A stretch of DNA of 24,000 nucleotides from Gammaproteobacteria bacterium (lineage in GTDB: Bacteria; Pseudomonadota; Gammaproteobacteria; Pseudomonadales; Ketobacteraceae): the NCBI GenBank assembly GCA_041395845.1, contig JAWKZS010000001.1, forward strand, positions 196,470-220,469. Direction: 5' to 3'. Made by a program: the position numbers and the translations under genes. Shown piece by piece: positions 9,487 to 17,736 of the stretch. The stretch's first letter is position 1. Every line of letters begins with the position of its first letter. The notes below the pieces were generated by a model, which worked only from the letters and a program-made list of their open reading frames with translations, had not been told where the DNA came from and did no database searches.

Positions 9487-10800
9487 TCAGACGCTGACGC
9501 CGTAGGTTTTCAGCAACCCGCCAAACGTCAGCACCACCCGCGCCAGCGACACAAACGAATCCGGGATCTGCACTTTCAGATCCCGCATTTTGTTCAGCGT
9601 CAGCGCCAGCACATCCGTCGAACTGCCCTTGCGCACCGATTCCTTCAACACCAGCTCGGCCACCTCTTCGAACACCTGCTGGTCGCGGGCGACAAAACCC
9701 GCCTTGCGGAACAGCTCACCCAGCGGCTCGCTCACCTGAATCTTGCCGAACAACACATTTAGCAACACTGCGTAGTGGCGGGTTTCTTCCGGCGTCAGCA
9801 TGCCGATGGCGCCATAATCCAGTATCGCCACCCGGCCATCCGCCATCACCAGAAAATTACCCGGATGGGGATCGGCGTGGTACACACCAAACGCCGTAAT
9901 CTGCTGCACATAACTGGACAGCATCTGGCGCAGCAGCACGGCGCCACGGGCGGGATCGGCGTTCACGTAATCCAGCAGCTTCACGCCGTCGATCCATTCA
10001 CTCACCAGCACCCGGTCACTGCTCATGTCCTCGTACAGATGGGGCACATGGATCAGCGGCGGATGAGGCTGGTTTTCGAAGGCTTTCTGATTGGCTTCTT
10101 CGCGCAGGAAATCGAGCTCCTGCATCGTCATCTCGACAATCTGGTCGATGACCTGCTTCAGATCGAAATGGGAAATCATCGGCGCCGCCACCGTCGCCAG
10201 CGCCCTGAACACCGCAGAATCCTGTTTGAACAGCCGGCGCGCATGGGGCAGCTGCACCTTCACCGCCACCTGCTCACCGGTATTCAACACAGCCTTGTGC
10301 ACCTGTGCCACCGACGCGGCAGCCACCGGTGCCTCGTCAAAGCGGGCAAACCGGGCGCGCCAGTCAGGCCCCCACTCTTGCCGCAATACGAATGCAATCT
10401 GATGAAACGCTACCGGCTTGGCATCGTCCTGCAGTTTCTGCAGCTCGGTCACATACTGCATGGGAAGAATATCGGTGCGGGAACTCAGAAACTGGCCAAA
10501 CTTCACCCAGATGGCACCGTTGTCATGGAACAGCTTGGCCAGCCGCACCGCACCCTTGTACTGGGTCTGCGCCAACAGGCGCGCCCGCTCGGGTGCACTG
10601 CAACCGGCACGCTGCTGGCGATAGTGACGGTAATCGCGCTCAATCTCCCACGCCACCCGGGTGGCGCCGGCGTAACGTTCGCCGCCCTCCAGCAAGGTAC
10701 CAACGGTCCCCAGAATCTCCCCGATCATATCCACCCCAAACCGTGATCTTGCCCGGCCAAAAAAAGATTGTTGCCTGTCATTATGGTTATTCACGATCAA
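9487..10800 (-). CDS. ABC1/UbiB-family (ADCK-like) atypical kinase, no C-terminal TM segment
   Basis: ABC1-family motifs: WVKFGQFLSSRTDILP, AAASVAQVHKAVL, VAVKVQ, HADPHPGNFLV, ILDYGAIG. The start is uncertain. The ORF-track start at 10800 is a TTG; an in-frame ATG at 10728 (MIGEILG) with an upstream GGGGTGG is an equally plausible start. Confidence 0.85.
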   Translation of the reverse strand: MIVNNHNDRQQSFFGRARSRFGVDMIGEILGTVGTLLEGGERYAGATRVAWEIERDYRHYRQQRAGCSAPERARLLAQTQYKGAVRLAKLFHDNGAIWVKFGQFLSSRTDILPMQYVTELQKLQDDAKPVAFHQIAFVLRQEWGPDWRARFARFDEAPVAAASVAQVHKAVLNTGEQVAVKVQLPHARRLFKQDSAVFRALATVAAPMISHFDLKQVIDQIVEMTMQELDFLREEANQKAFENQPHPPLIHVPHLYEDMSSDRVLVSEWIDGVKLLDYVNADPARGAVLLRQMLSSYVQQITAFGVYHADPHPGNFLVMADGRVAILDYGAIGMLTPEETRHYAVLLNVLFGKIQVSEPLGELFRKAGFVARDQQVFEEVAELVLKESVRKGSSTDVLALTLNKMRDLKVQIPDSFVSLARVVLTFGGLLKTYGVSV

Positions 10801-10976
10801 TCACTGTCATGGACTATAAAGGGGCCGGTTCAATTGTCTGTTGCACAATTGTGAGCGCTTGGTAACGCTACGGCGAGCATAGCGCGAATGCGCCACCTAC
10901 CACCACCGGACCGCCCGGGGCGCCTTGCCATCGCCCCCCGAATCCGCGAAGATACCTGCCGCATTTGGAGGCCGCC

Positions 10977-11726
10977 ATGTCCGACGACAAGACCACCCAT
11001 TTTGGCTACAAGACTGTTCCCGTTGGCGAAAAAGCCAGGAAAGTGGGACAGGTTTTCCACTCGGTCGCGCAGAAATACGATCTGATGAACGACCTGATGT
11101 CCATGGGCATCCACCGCCTGTGGAAACGCTACACCATCGAGATGAGCGGTGCCCGTCCGGGCCAGACCATCCTCGACCTGGCAGGCGGTACCGGCGACCT
11201 CACCATGAAGTTTTCTCGCATCGTGGGCGACAGCGGCAAGGTCATTCTGGCGGACATCAACTCCTCCATGCTCAACGTGGGCCGCGACAAGCTGCTGGAC
11301 CACGGCTATGCCGGCAACATCGAGTACGTGCAGGCCAACGCCGAAGCCCTGCCCTTCGCCGACAACACCTTCGACTGCATTACCATTGCCTTCGGCCTGC
11401 GCAACGTGACCGACAAGCAGAAGGCCCTGGAATCCATGACCCGGGTACTCAAGCCCGGCGGCCGCCTGCTGGTGCTGGAATTCTCCAAGCCGGTGAACAA
11501 GGGCCTGGAAAAGGTCTACGACCACTATTCTTTCAGCGTACTGCCGGTGATGGGCAAGCTGGTGGCCAATGATTCCGACAGTTATCAGTATCTGGCGGAA
11601 TCCATCCGCATGCATCCGGATCAGAACACCCTCAAGCACATGATGCGCAAGGCCGGGCTGGATCGCGTGGACTACCACAACCTGACCGGCGGCATCGTCG
11701 CCCTGCACCGGGGCTTCAAATACTGA
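10977..11726 (+). CDS. ubiE: Demethylmenaquinone / 2-methoxy-6-polyprenyl-1,4-benzoquinol C-methyltransferase UbiE
   Basis: ATG at 10977 with GGAG 7 nt upstream. [51 protein letters not shown] is collinear with the E. coli UbiE N-terminus. SAM-binding motif [11 protein letters not shown]. The C-terminus ..[12 protein letters not shown] is typical. Confidence 0.95.
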   Translation: MSDDKTTHFGYKTVPVGEKARKVGQVFHSVAQKYDLMNDLMSMGIHRLWKRYTIEMSGARPGQTILDLAGGTGDLTMKFSRIVGDSGKVILADINSSMLNVGRDKLLDHGYAGNIEYVQANAEALPFADNTFDCITIAFGLRNVTDKQKALESMTRVLKPGGRLLVLEFSKPVNKGLEKVYDHYSFSVLPVMGKLVANDSDSYQYLAESIRMHPDQNTLKHMMRKAGLDRVDYHNLTGGIVALHRGFKY

Positions 11727-12388
11727 TGGACGAGCATCGCCAGTCCCTGATTCCCACCCTGCTCACCGAACAGCTGGAACGGGTGGCCAATCGTGCCCTG
11801 GACTACGCCCCGCTCACCCGCCTGCAGCTGCGCAAGCTGCAGGGCAAGTCCCTGGGCATCGAGCTGCAGCGTCCGCACTTTCCCCTGCTGGTCAGCGTCA
11901 CCCGCAAGGGTCTGCTGTTCCAGAGTCATTGGGAAGGCGGCGCCGACGTGACCCTGCGGGGGCCGGCCATTGCCCTGCTGCGCCAGCTGCGCAGTGACGA
12001 CAACACCCCCGGCAGCCTGATGCGGGCCGGTATCGAGCTGGACGGCGATCAGCAACTGGCCCAGCAGTTCGTGAAGATTCTGAAAGATCTGGATATCGAT
12101 CTGGAAACCGCCCTGGGTGACCTGATCGGCGATGTCGCCGCCCACCAGATCAGTGAAATGGCCCGCTCCGGCCTGGACTGGCTCGGTCGTGCCGGCAAAG
12201 CCCTCCTGCAGCAATCCCGTCATTTTCTGGCCGAAGAGCGCAAGGTGGTAATCACCCCAAGCCAGTTCAGCCGCTTCCGTGACGATGTAGAAGAACTGCG
12301 GGAAGACACCGACCGCCTGGAAGCCCGCCTGCATCTGCTGCGCGCACGCCTCGCCCCCGCTTCAACCCAGGATGACGTACAGCCTTGA
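11726..12388 (+). CDS. ubiJ: Ubiquinone biosynthesis accessory factor UbiJ (SCP2-like lipid-binding domain)
   Basis: The ATG overlaps the ubiE stop (TGATG). The position between ubiE and ubiB is the conserved one. The N-terminal SCP2-like region (LGIELQRPHFPLLVSVT..GADVTLRGPAIALLRQL...GIELDGDQQLAQQF) and C-terminal coiled helix resemble E. coli UbiJ/YigP. Confidence 0.8.
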   Translation: MDEHRQSLIPTLLTEQLERVANRALDYAPLTRLQLRKLQGKSLGIELQRPHFPLLVSVTRKGLLFQSHWEGGADVTLRGPAIALLRQLRSDDNTPGSLMRAGIELDGDQQLAQQFVKILKDLDIDLETALGDLIGDVAAHQISEMARSGLDWLGRAGKALLQQSRHFLAEERKVVITPSQFSRFRDDVEELREDTDRLEARLHLLRARLAPASTQDDVQP

Positions 12389-14040
12389 AACGACTCGCCC
12401 GCCTGCTCACCATCTGGTCCGTCTTTGCCCGCTACCGGCTCGACCAACTGCTGCCCAGCCACCCGGCCACCGGCGTCCTCAAGCTGATCATCCGCCTGCA
12501 CCCGGCCGCCTGGGGCGCCTCCACCGCTGAACACCCCTGGGCCCGCCTGCGCATGGCAATGGAACAGCTGGGGCCAGTGTTCATCAAATTTGGCCAGCTG
12601 CTGTCCACCCGCCATGACCTGCTGCCGCTGGAAGCCATCGAAGACCTGTCCCGCCTGCAGGATCAGGTGCCGCCATTCGACGAGGCGGCGGCCATTGCCA
12701 TTATCGAGCAGGAATTGAAGCAGCCGGTAAGCGAACTGTTCGGCAGTCTGGAGCGCAAGCCACTGGCGTCCGCCTCCGTAGCCCAGGTCCATGCCGGCAC
12801 CCTGAAGGACGGCCGCGAAATCGTGGTGAAAGTCATTCGGCCCGGTCTGGAAAAGATCGTCGAACAGGACCTGCAACTGCTGCTCACCGGCGCCCGCTGG
12901 CTGGAACGGGTGGCCCCGGAAACCAAGCGCTTTCACCCGGCCCAGGTGGTCACCGACTACCGTCACATCCTGCTGGGGGAACTGGACCTGGGGGCCGAAG
13001 CCGCCAACGCTGCCCAGTTCCGGCGCAATTTCGAAGATTCCCCGCTGCTGTACGTGCCCGAGATCCACTGGCAGCTGAGCACCACCAAGGTGATGACCAT
13101 GGAGCGGGTCTACGGCGTGCCGGTGTCCGATACTGCCGCCATGAAGGCCGCCGGGGTGGACCTGGCCCAGCTGTCGGAAATCGGCGTCGAGATCTTCTTC
13201 ACCCAGGTGTTCCGCGACAACTTCTTCCATGCCGACATGCACCCCGGTAACGTGATGGTGTCGCTGAAGGACCCGGCCAATCCCCAGTACCTGTCCCTTG
13301 ACTGCGCCATTGCCGGCACCCTGTCCAAGTCCGAGCGCTTCCTGCTGGCACGCCAGCTGATGGCCCTGCTGGACAAGGATTACGAACAGATTGCCCTGCT
13401 GATGATTGAAGCCGGCTGGGTACCGCCGACCATTCGCGTGCAGGACTTCCAGAATGCGCTGCGCACGGTACTGGAGCCGGTGCTGGAACGGCCCCTGCAC
13501 GAAATCGAGTTCGGCCCGATCCTGATCCGCCTGTTCCAGACCGCCCGCCGCTTCGAAATGCAGGCCCTGCCCCAGTTCGTGCTGCTGGAAAAGACCCTGA
13601 TCCACGTGGAAGGCCTCGGCCGCCAGCTGTACCCGGAACTGGATATCTGGGCAATCGGCCGCCCCCTGCTGGAAAACTGGATTCGCGACCAGATTGGCCC
13701 GTCTTCGATCATGCAGACCATCAAGCGCAATGGGCCAGCACTGGCAGAACAGCTGCCACAGCTGCCAAAACTCGCCTGGGATGCCCTGACCGAATTGAAA
13801 AAGCTCAGCGAAAACCAGCACTTGCTGCTGGAAAAGGTGGAACGGCGCCACCTGCAGCAACTGCGCCGCGACCGCCTGTTTTCCCTGCTGGGGATGGCGG
13901 GCGTGGCGCTGGGCCTGACCTGGGGCCTGAACCCGGGCTGGGAACCGGAGTGGTCAACAATTCCACTGGGCGCCTGGCTGATCGGTGGCGCCGGTCTCGG
14001 CCTGCTGTTGCAACGGCTACGGCCAATGCGTGATGATTAA
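12385..14040 (+). CDS. ubiB: Ubiquinone biosynthesis regulatory kinase-like protein UbiB
   Basis: The TTG start overlaps the ubiJ stop (TTGA). Motifs: [48 protein letters not shown]. Two C-terminal TM segments ([33 protein letters not shown]), as in UbiB. Confidence 0.93.
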   Translation: MKRLARLLTIWSVFARYRLDQLLPSHPATGVLKLIIRLHPAAWGASTAEHPWARLRMAMEQLGPVFIKFGQLLSTRHDLLPLEAIEDLSRLQDQVPPFDEAAAIAIIEQELKQPVSELFGSLERKPLASASVAQVHAGTLKDGREIVVKVIRPGLEKIVEQDLQLLLTGARWLERVAPETKRFHPAQVVTDYRHILLGELDLGAEAANAAQFRRNFEDSPLLYVPEIHWQLSTTKVMTMERVYGVPVSDTAAMKAAGVDLAQLSEIGVEIFFTQVFRDNFFHADMHPGNVMVSLKDPANPQYLSLDCAIAGTLSKSERFLLARQLMALLDKDYEQIALLMIEAGWVPPTIRVQDFQNALRTVLEPVLERPLHEIEFGPILIRLFQTARRFEMQALPQFVLLEKTLIHVEGLGRQLYPELDIWAIGRPLLENWIRDQIGPSSIMQTIKRNGPALAEQLPQLPKLAWDALTELKKLSENQHLLLEKVERRHLQQLRRDRLFSLLGMAGVALGLTWGLNPGWEPEWSTIPLGAWLIGGAGLGLLLQRLRPMRDD

Positions 14041-14087
14041 ATGCACGACCCGTACTTGAAGATGGTCTTTCTGTCACAATCCGGCCC

Positions 14088-14093
14088 TATAAT
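14088..14093 (+). promoter_or_regulatory. Consensus -10 hexamer TATAAT, 6 nt upstream of the hisE ATG
   Basis: An exact TATAAT lies at 14088-14093, followed by GCTCAC and then the ATG at 14100. No purine-rich Shine-Dalgarno sequence lies in between. No convincing -35 (17-bp spacer hexamer GTCTTT) and no TGn extension. Confidence 0.4.
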
Positions 14094-14099
14094 GCTCAC

Positions 14100-14432
14100 A
14101 TGAATGACATATTAGCTTCACTCGACAACGTTCTTGAACAGCGCAAGCAGGCCGCTGCGGATTCGTCCTATGTGGCGGGCCTCTATCACAAGGGCCTGAA
14201 CAAGATCCTGGAAAAGGTCGGCGAGGAATCCGTCGAGATGATCATCGCCGCCAAGGACGCGGAGCGCAGTGGCGACATGAGCGATGTCATCTACGAAACC
14301 GCCGATGTGTGGTTTCACAGCCTGGTTGCATTGCACAAGCTGGGTTTGTCGTCGGACGATATTTTGAAAGAGCTGGCACGGCGGTTTGATCTGTCCGGGC
14401 TGGTGGAAAAGGCGAATCGGGAAAAAACGTAA
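14100..14432 (+). CDS. hisE: Phosphoribosyl-ATP pyrophosphatase HisE
   Basis: 110-aa ORF, collinear with monofunctional HisE of pseudomonads as I recall it (..[35 protein letters not shown]......[15 protein letters not shown]..). Confidence 0.93.
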   Translation: MNDILASLDNVLEQRKQAAADSSYVAGLYHKGLNKILEKVGEESVEMIIAAKDAERSGDMSDVIYETADVWFHSLVALHKLGLSSDDILKELARRFDLSGLVEKANREKT

Positions 14433-14455
14433 GGGTAGTGTTTCGCATGCATCCC

Positions 14456-14567
14456 GATTCAGGATCAGGTGACTCACTTCTGGACACGCCATGAACCCAT
14501 CCATGGGGGCTGCACAGCGACATCCCTGTCGCTGAGCGTCCAGAAGTGAGTCACCTGATCCTGAATC
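14456..14567. repeat. Nested-hairpin intergenic element: perfect 30-bp inverted arms, 52-nt spacer with two inner hairpins
   Basis: GATTCAGGATCAGGTGACTCACTTCTGGAC at 14456-14485 is the exact reverse complement of 14538-14567. Inner hairpins are CCATG/CATGG (about 14490-14507) and CAGCGACA-TCCC-TGTCGCTG (14515-14534). It lies between the hisE stop and the tatA start. Confidence 0.75.
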
Positions 14568-14627
14568 TAGCGCACTGCCAATCTTTTCGCCTCACACACT
14601 GAATTCACGTTTTGAAGGAGTAGAAAA

Positions 14628-14855
14628 ATGGGTATCAGCATCTGGCAACTTCTGATCATTCTCGTCATCGTTCTGCTGCTGTTCGGCACCAAGCGCCTGC
14701 GTAATCTGGGCGGCGATCTGGGTGGCGCCATCAAGGGCTTCAAGAAAGCCATGAGCGATGAAGAAAAAGCAGCCGCCGAAGAAAAAGCCAAGGTTGAACA
14801 GAAATCCGAAAACGTCATCGACGTGACACCGGAAAAGAAAAAGGATCAGGCCTGA
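14628..14855 (+). CDS. tatA: Twin-arginine translocase subunit TatA
   Basis: AAGGAG lies 8 nt upstream. [42 protein letters not shown] is the canonical TatA/E TM helix plus amphipathic helix. Confidence 0.95.
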   Translation: MGISIWQLLIILVIVLLLFGTKRLRNLGGDLGGAIKGFKKAMSDEEKAAAEEKAKVEQKSENVIDVTPEKKKDQA

Positions 14856-14867
14856 GTCTGACGCCTT

Positions 14868-15311
14868 ATGTTTGATATCGGCTTTTTCGAACTGGTAGTC
14901 GTCGCCATCGTTGCGCTGGTGGTGCTGGGCCCGGAACGCCTGCCCCATGCCGTGCGCATGGCCGGCGCCTTCATGGGCAAGGCCCGCCGCATGATGATGA
15001 GCGTACGCGATGAATTCGAGCGCGAGGTCCAGCTGGCCGAGATGCAGCAGCGCATCAAGGAACAACTGGAAAAGGCTGGTATCGAAGATGCCCGCAAGGC
15101 GCTGGAAGAAACCCGGCAAACCATCGAGGACAGCCATAAAATCCTGTCCCAGGACGTGATGGCCGACAGCAAGCCCGCGACCACCAGCACCACTGACGAT
15201 CCCGACACCCGCCACAGCGAACCCACGCCGGAAAATGCCGCACCTGCCGCACCGGTACCGGTGGACCCTGTGCCGGCTGACCCCCAACCCGAACCCAGCA
15301 AGCGGCCATGA
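14868..15311 (+). CDS. tatB: Twin-arginine translocase subunit TatB
   Basis: MFDIGFFELVVVAIVALVVLGPERLPHAVRMAGAFMGKARR is the canonical TatB N-terminus. The C-terminal tail is acidic and Pro-rich. The gene lies between tatA and tatC. Confidence 0.93.
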   Translation: MFDIGFFELVVVAIVALVVLGPERLPHAVRMAGAFMGKARRMMMSVRDEFEREVQLAEMQQRIKEQLEKAGIEDARKALEETRQTIEDSHKILSQDVMADSKPATTSTTDDPDTRHSEPTPENAAPAAPVPVDPVPADPQPEPSKRP

Positions 15312-16081
15312 ACCAACGCAACACGCCGGACGATCCTACTACCCACATGCCACTGATCGCACATCTGGTCGAGTTGCGTTCCCGCGTCATGCGTGCGCTG
15401 GCAGCCATGCTGGTGGTGTTCTGCGGCCTGGTGTATTTCGCCAACGATATTTACGAGATCGTATCCAAGCCCATTCGTGATCAGTTGCCGGAAGGCACGA
15501 CGATGATTGCGACCGACATCACCGCCACCTTCTTTGCGCCGATCAAGCTGACACTGGTGGTGGCGTTTTTCCTGGCGATGCCGGTGGTACTGCATCAAGC
15601 ATGGAAATTCGTCTCGCCGGGCCTGTATGCCCACGAAAAGAAATTCGCCATTCCGCTGCTGATCATCAGCGTACTGCTGTTTTACAGCGGCATTGCCTTT
15701 GCGCATTTCGTGATTTTTCCGGTGATCATGCAGTTCTTCACCATGACCGGGCCGGAAAGCGTTACCGTGACGCCGGATATTTCCAGCTACCTGGCCATTG
15801 CGCTCAAACTGTTCTTTGCCTTCGGGCTGGCGTTTGAGATTCCAGTGTTCACCATGCTGCTGATCTGGTCGGGCGTGAGTACGGTAAAAGACCTCAGCGA
15901 AAAACGTCCCTATGTCATCGTCGGCTGCTTTATTTTCGGCATGCTGCTGACACCGCCGGATCCGTTCTCGCAATCCATGCTGGCAATTCCCATGTGTCTG
16001 CTGTTCGAACTCGGCCTGCTGATGGGACGCATGATTGGCACACGGCAGAAGCCGGATGAAGAACCTGCTGCCAGCGAATAA
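15308..16081 (+). CDS. tatC: Twin-arginine translocase subunit TatC
   Basis: ATGA overlap with tatB. N-terminal MPLIAHLVELRSRVMRAL, six predicted TM helices, and the conserved FGLAFEIPV and LTPPDPFSQ motifs. Confidence 0.95.
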   Translation: MNQRNTPDDPTTHMPLIAHLVELRSRVMRALAAMLVVFCGLVYFANDIYEIVSKPIRDQLPEGTTMIATDITATFFAPIKLTLVVAFFLAMPVVLHQAWKFVSPGLYAHEKKFAIPLLIISVLLFYSGIAFAHFVIFPVIMQFFTMTGPESVTVTPDISSYLAIALKLFFAFGLAFEIPVFTMLLIWSGVSTVKDLSEKRPYVIVGCFIFGMLLTPPDPFSQSMLAIPMCLLFELGLLMGRMIGTRQKPDEEPAASE

Positions 16082-16364
16082 GCATCGCCACTCCATCGTA
16101 CTGGCCGGGATTATCCTGGCCGTTCTGCTCGTGCTGGCGCAGACGGTTGCGCTCGCCCACGATGCCATTCACTTTGCCCACGATGAAACCGAGCTGTGTG
16201 ACACGCTGTCGTGGCATGGCAAAGCGCAGGGCATGCCTGCGACGGTCATTCTCAAGCAGGCGGTTCCGCCATTGCTCGTACCGGGCTGCTCGCGCCCACC
16301 CCTGGCAGCACCTGCCGCTGTCTATCCGGATTACCATTCCCGCGCCCCTCCGACGCACGTCTGA
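16056..16364 (+). CDS. Small membrane-anchored (signal-anchor) protein with His-containing segment, unknown function
   Basis: I prefer the ATG at 16056 (MKNLLPANKHRHS) to the TTG at 16035. One hydrophobic helix IVLAGIILAVLLVLAQTVALA, then HDAIHFAHDETELCD..WHG, then a Pro-rich tail. The third-codon positions are strongly G/C, like the neighbouring genes, which supports real coding. It overlaps the tatC 3' end by 26 nt. I do not confidently recognise the family. Confidence 0.55.
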   Translation: MKNLLPANKHRHSIVLAGIILAVLLVLAQTVALAHDAIHFAHDETELCDTLSWHGKAQGMPATVILKQAVPPLLVPGCSRPPLAAPAAVYPDYHSRAPPTHV

Positions 16365-16471
16365 CATTTCATCCATTCCGCTTTTTCCTGTAATGCGCTC
16401 CGGCCATGACGCCTGAATCCGTCATGCCTGTGCTGGCGCGCGTACGCATTTTACGATTGGAGTTTTTGATC

Positions 16472-17728
16472 ATGTCACGACGCAATACTGTTCCTTTTTT
16501 CATCGGTGGAACCCTGCTGCTGGCGGCACTGCCTGCCGCCCTGCAAGCCCAGACCGGCACCGTTTCCAGCAGTGAGTTCAACCCGGCCATCAGCCTGATT
16601 CTGGATGGCTACTATGCGGACTATCACGACGAATTCGAATTGCCCGGCTTCCAGCTGGGTGGCGAAGCAGGTCTTCCGGAGAAAGGTTTTGGCCTGGGCC
16701 ATTCCGAGCTGTCCATCAGCGCCAATATCGACGACCGCTTTTACGGCAGCGCGTCAATTGCCATTCACGAACACGATGGCGCCACCGAAACAGAACTCGA
16801 AGAGGCCTACATCGAAACCATCGGCCTGGGTAACGGTGTTACCGTCAAGGCCGGACGCTTCTTTTCCGGGCTGGGTTACCTGAACGGCCAGCACGAACAT
16901 GCCTGGGATTTTGCCGACGCACCGCTGGTGTACAGCGCACTGTTCGGCAATCGCCTTGCGGATGACGGCGTGCAGCTGCGCTGGCTGGCACCGGTGGATC
17001 TGTTCTTCGAGGTCGGTGCCGAAATCACCCGCGGCGACAGTTTTCCCAGTGGCGAAAACGACGGCAACGAAGGTCAGACCCTGTTCGCCAAACTCGGCGG
17101 CGATCTGACCCGCAATACCAGCTGGCAGATCGGTGTGTCCGCCTACCGCAGCGAATTCATCGAGCGCAGCGGTGAAGCCCACGCTCATGAGCACGAACAT
17201 GAAGGTGAAGAAGAAGCGGCATCCTTTGGCTTCCATGCCGGCGAGGTCAGCATTGCCGGCGTCGATGCGGTATTCAAATGGGCACCCACCGGCAACAGCA
17301 AGGCGCAACAGCTGATCCTGCAGGCGGAATATTTCCAGCGCAACGAAGAAGCCACCCTGGAATTCGCCGAAGGCACTAACAGCATGGAAGCGGATTATGA
17401 CGGCGAACAGTCCGGCTACTATGTGCAGGCGGTGTACCGCTTCCTGCCCGCGTGGCGCGCCGGTATCCGCTATGACGCCATTGAGGCCGACAACACACTG
17501 ACCGAACGTGAAGCCGATGGCGTGGATCTGGAGGAATTCCTCGAGGACACCGGCTTCGATAACACCGATACCATCAGCCGCCGCACCTTCATGGTGGATT
17601 ATTCCCGCAGCGAGTTTTCCCGCATCCGCTTCCAGTATGGCTATCTGGATCTGCCGGACAACCGGGATGAACTGTTCATGATCCAGTACACCATGAGCCT
17701 GGGCAGCCACGGCGCCCACCGGTTCTAG
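16472..17728 (+). CDS. Outer-membrane beta-barrel protein with His/Glu-rich loop (putative metal-uptake porin)
   Basis: ATG at 16472 with GGAG about 10 nt upstream. Signal peptide MSRRNTVPFFIGGTLLLAALPAALQA-Q. Alternating-hydrophobic strand patterns throughout (VQAVYRF, RAGIRYDAI, RIRFQYGY, FMIQYTMSL). C-terminal aromatic residue (..GAHRF), as in barrel beta-signals. Three HEH motifs, including GEAHAHEHEHEGEEE. Confidence 0.8.
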   Translation: MSRRNTVPFFIGGTLLLAALPAALQAQTGTVSSSEFNPAISLILDGYYADYHDEFELPGFQLGGEAGLPEKGFGLGHSELSISANIDDRFYGSASIAIHEHDGATETELEEAYIETIGLGNGVTVKAGRFFSGLGYLNGQHEHAWDFADAPLVYSALFGNRLADDGVQLRWLAPVDLFFEVGAEITRGDSFPSGENDGNEGQTLFAKLGGDLTRNTSWQIGVSAYRSEFIERSGEAHAHEHEHEGEEEAASFGFHAGEVSIAGVDAVFKWAPTGNSKAQQLILQAEYFQRNEEATLEFAEGTNSMEADYDGEQSGYYVQAVYRFLPAWRAGIRYDAIEADNTLTEREADGVDLEEFLEDTGFDNTDTISRRTFMVDYSRSEFSRIRFQYGYLDLPDNRDELFMIQYTMSLGSHGAHRF

Positions 17729-17736
17729 GAGGCAAC

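Noticed and set aside
10847-10858. The exact 12-nt match to the symmetric lac operator half-site, as evidence of cloning-vector contamination
   Set aside because: Only a half-site matches and the flanks are unrelated to lac or vector sequence. The region is contiguous with native-looking divergent promoters. I kept it only as a low-interest possible operator.
12220-13860. 546-aa minus-strand ORF opposite ubiJ/ubiB
   Set aside because: Shadow ORF of a high-GC coding region. The composition is repetitive (Gln/Gly/Leu/Val-rich) with no motifs, and the + strand gene carries all UbiB hallmarks.
14846-16168. 440-aa minus-strand ORF opposite tatB/tatC
   Set aside because: It is antisense to canonical tatB and tatC. 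Its His/Arg/Gln-rich composition is typical of a non-coding shadow frame.
16365-16471. Search for a Zur/Fur-type operator upstream of the outer-membrane barrel gene
   Set aside because: I found only a 7-bp hairpin (CATGACG-N8-CGTCATG, 16405-16426). No AT-rich 17-19 bp palindrome resembles the Zur or Fur boxes I know, so I call no regulatory site.
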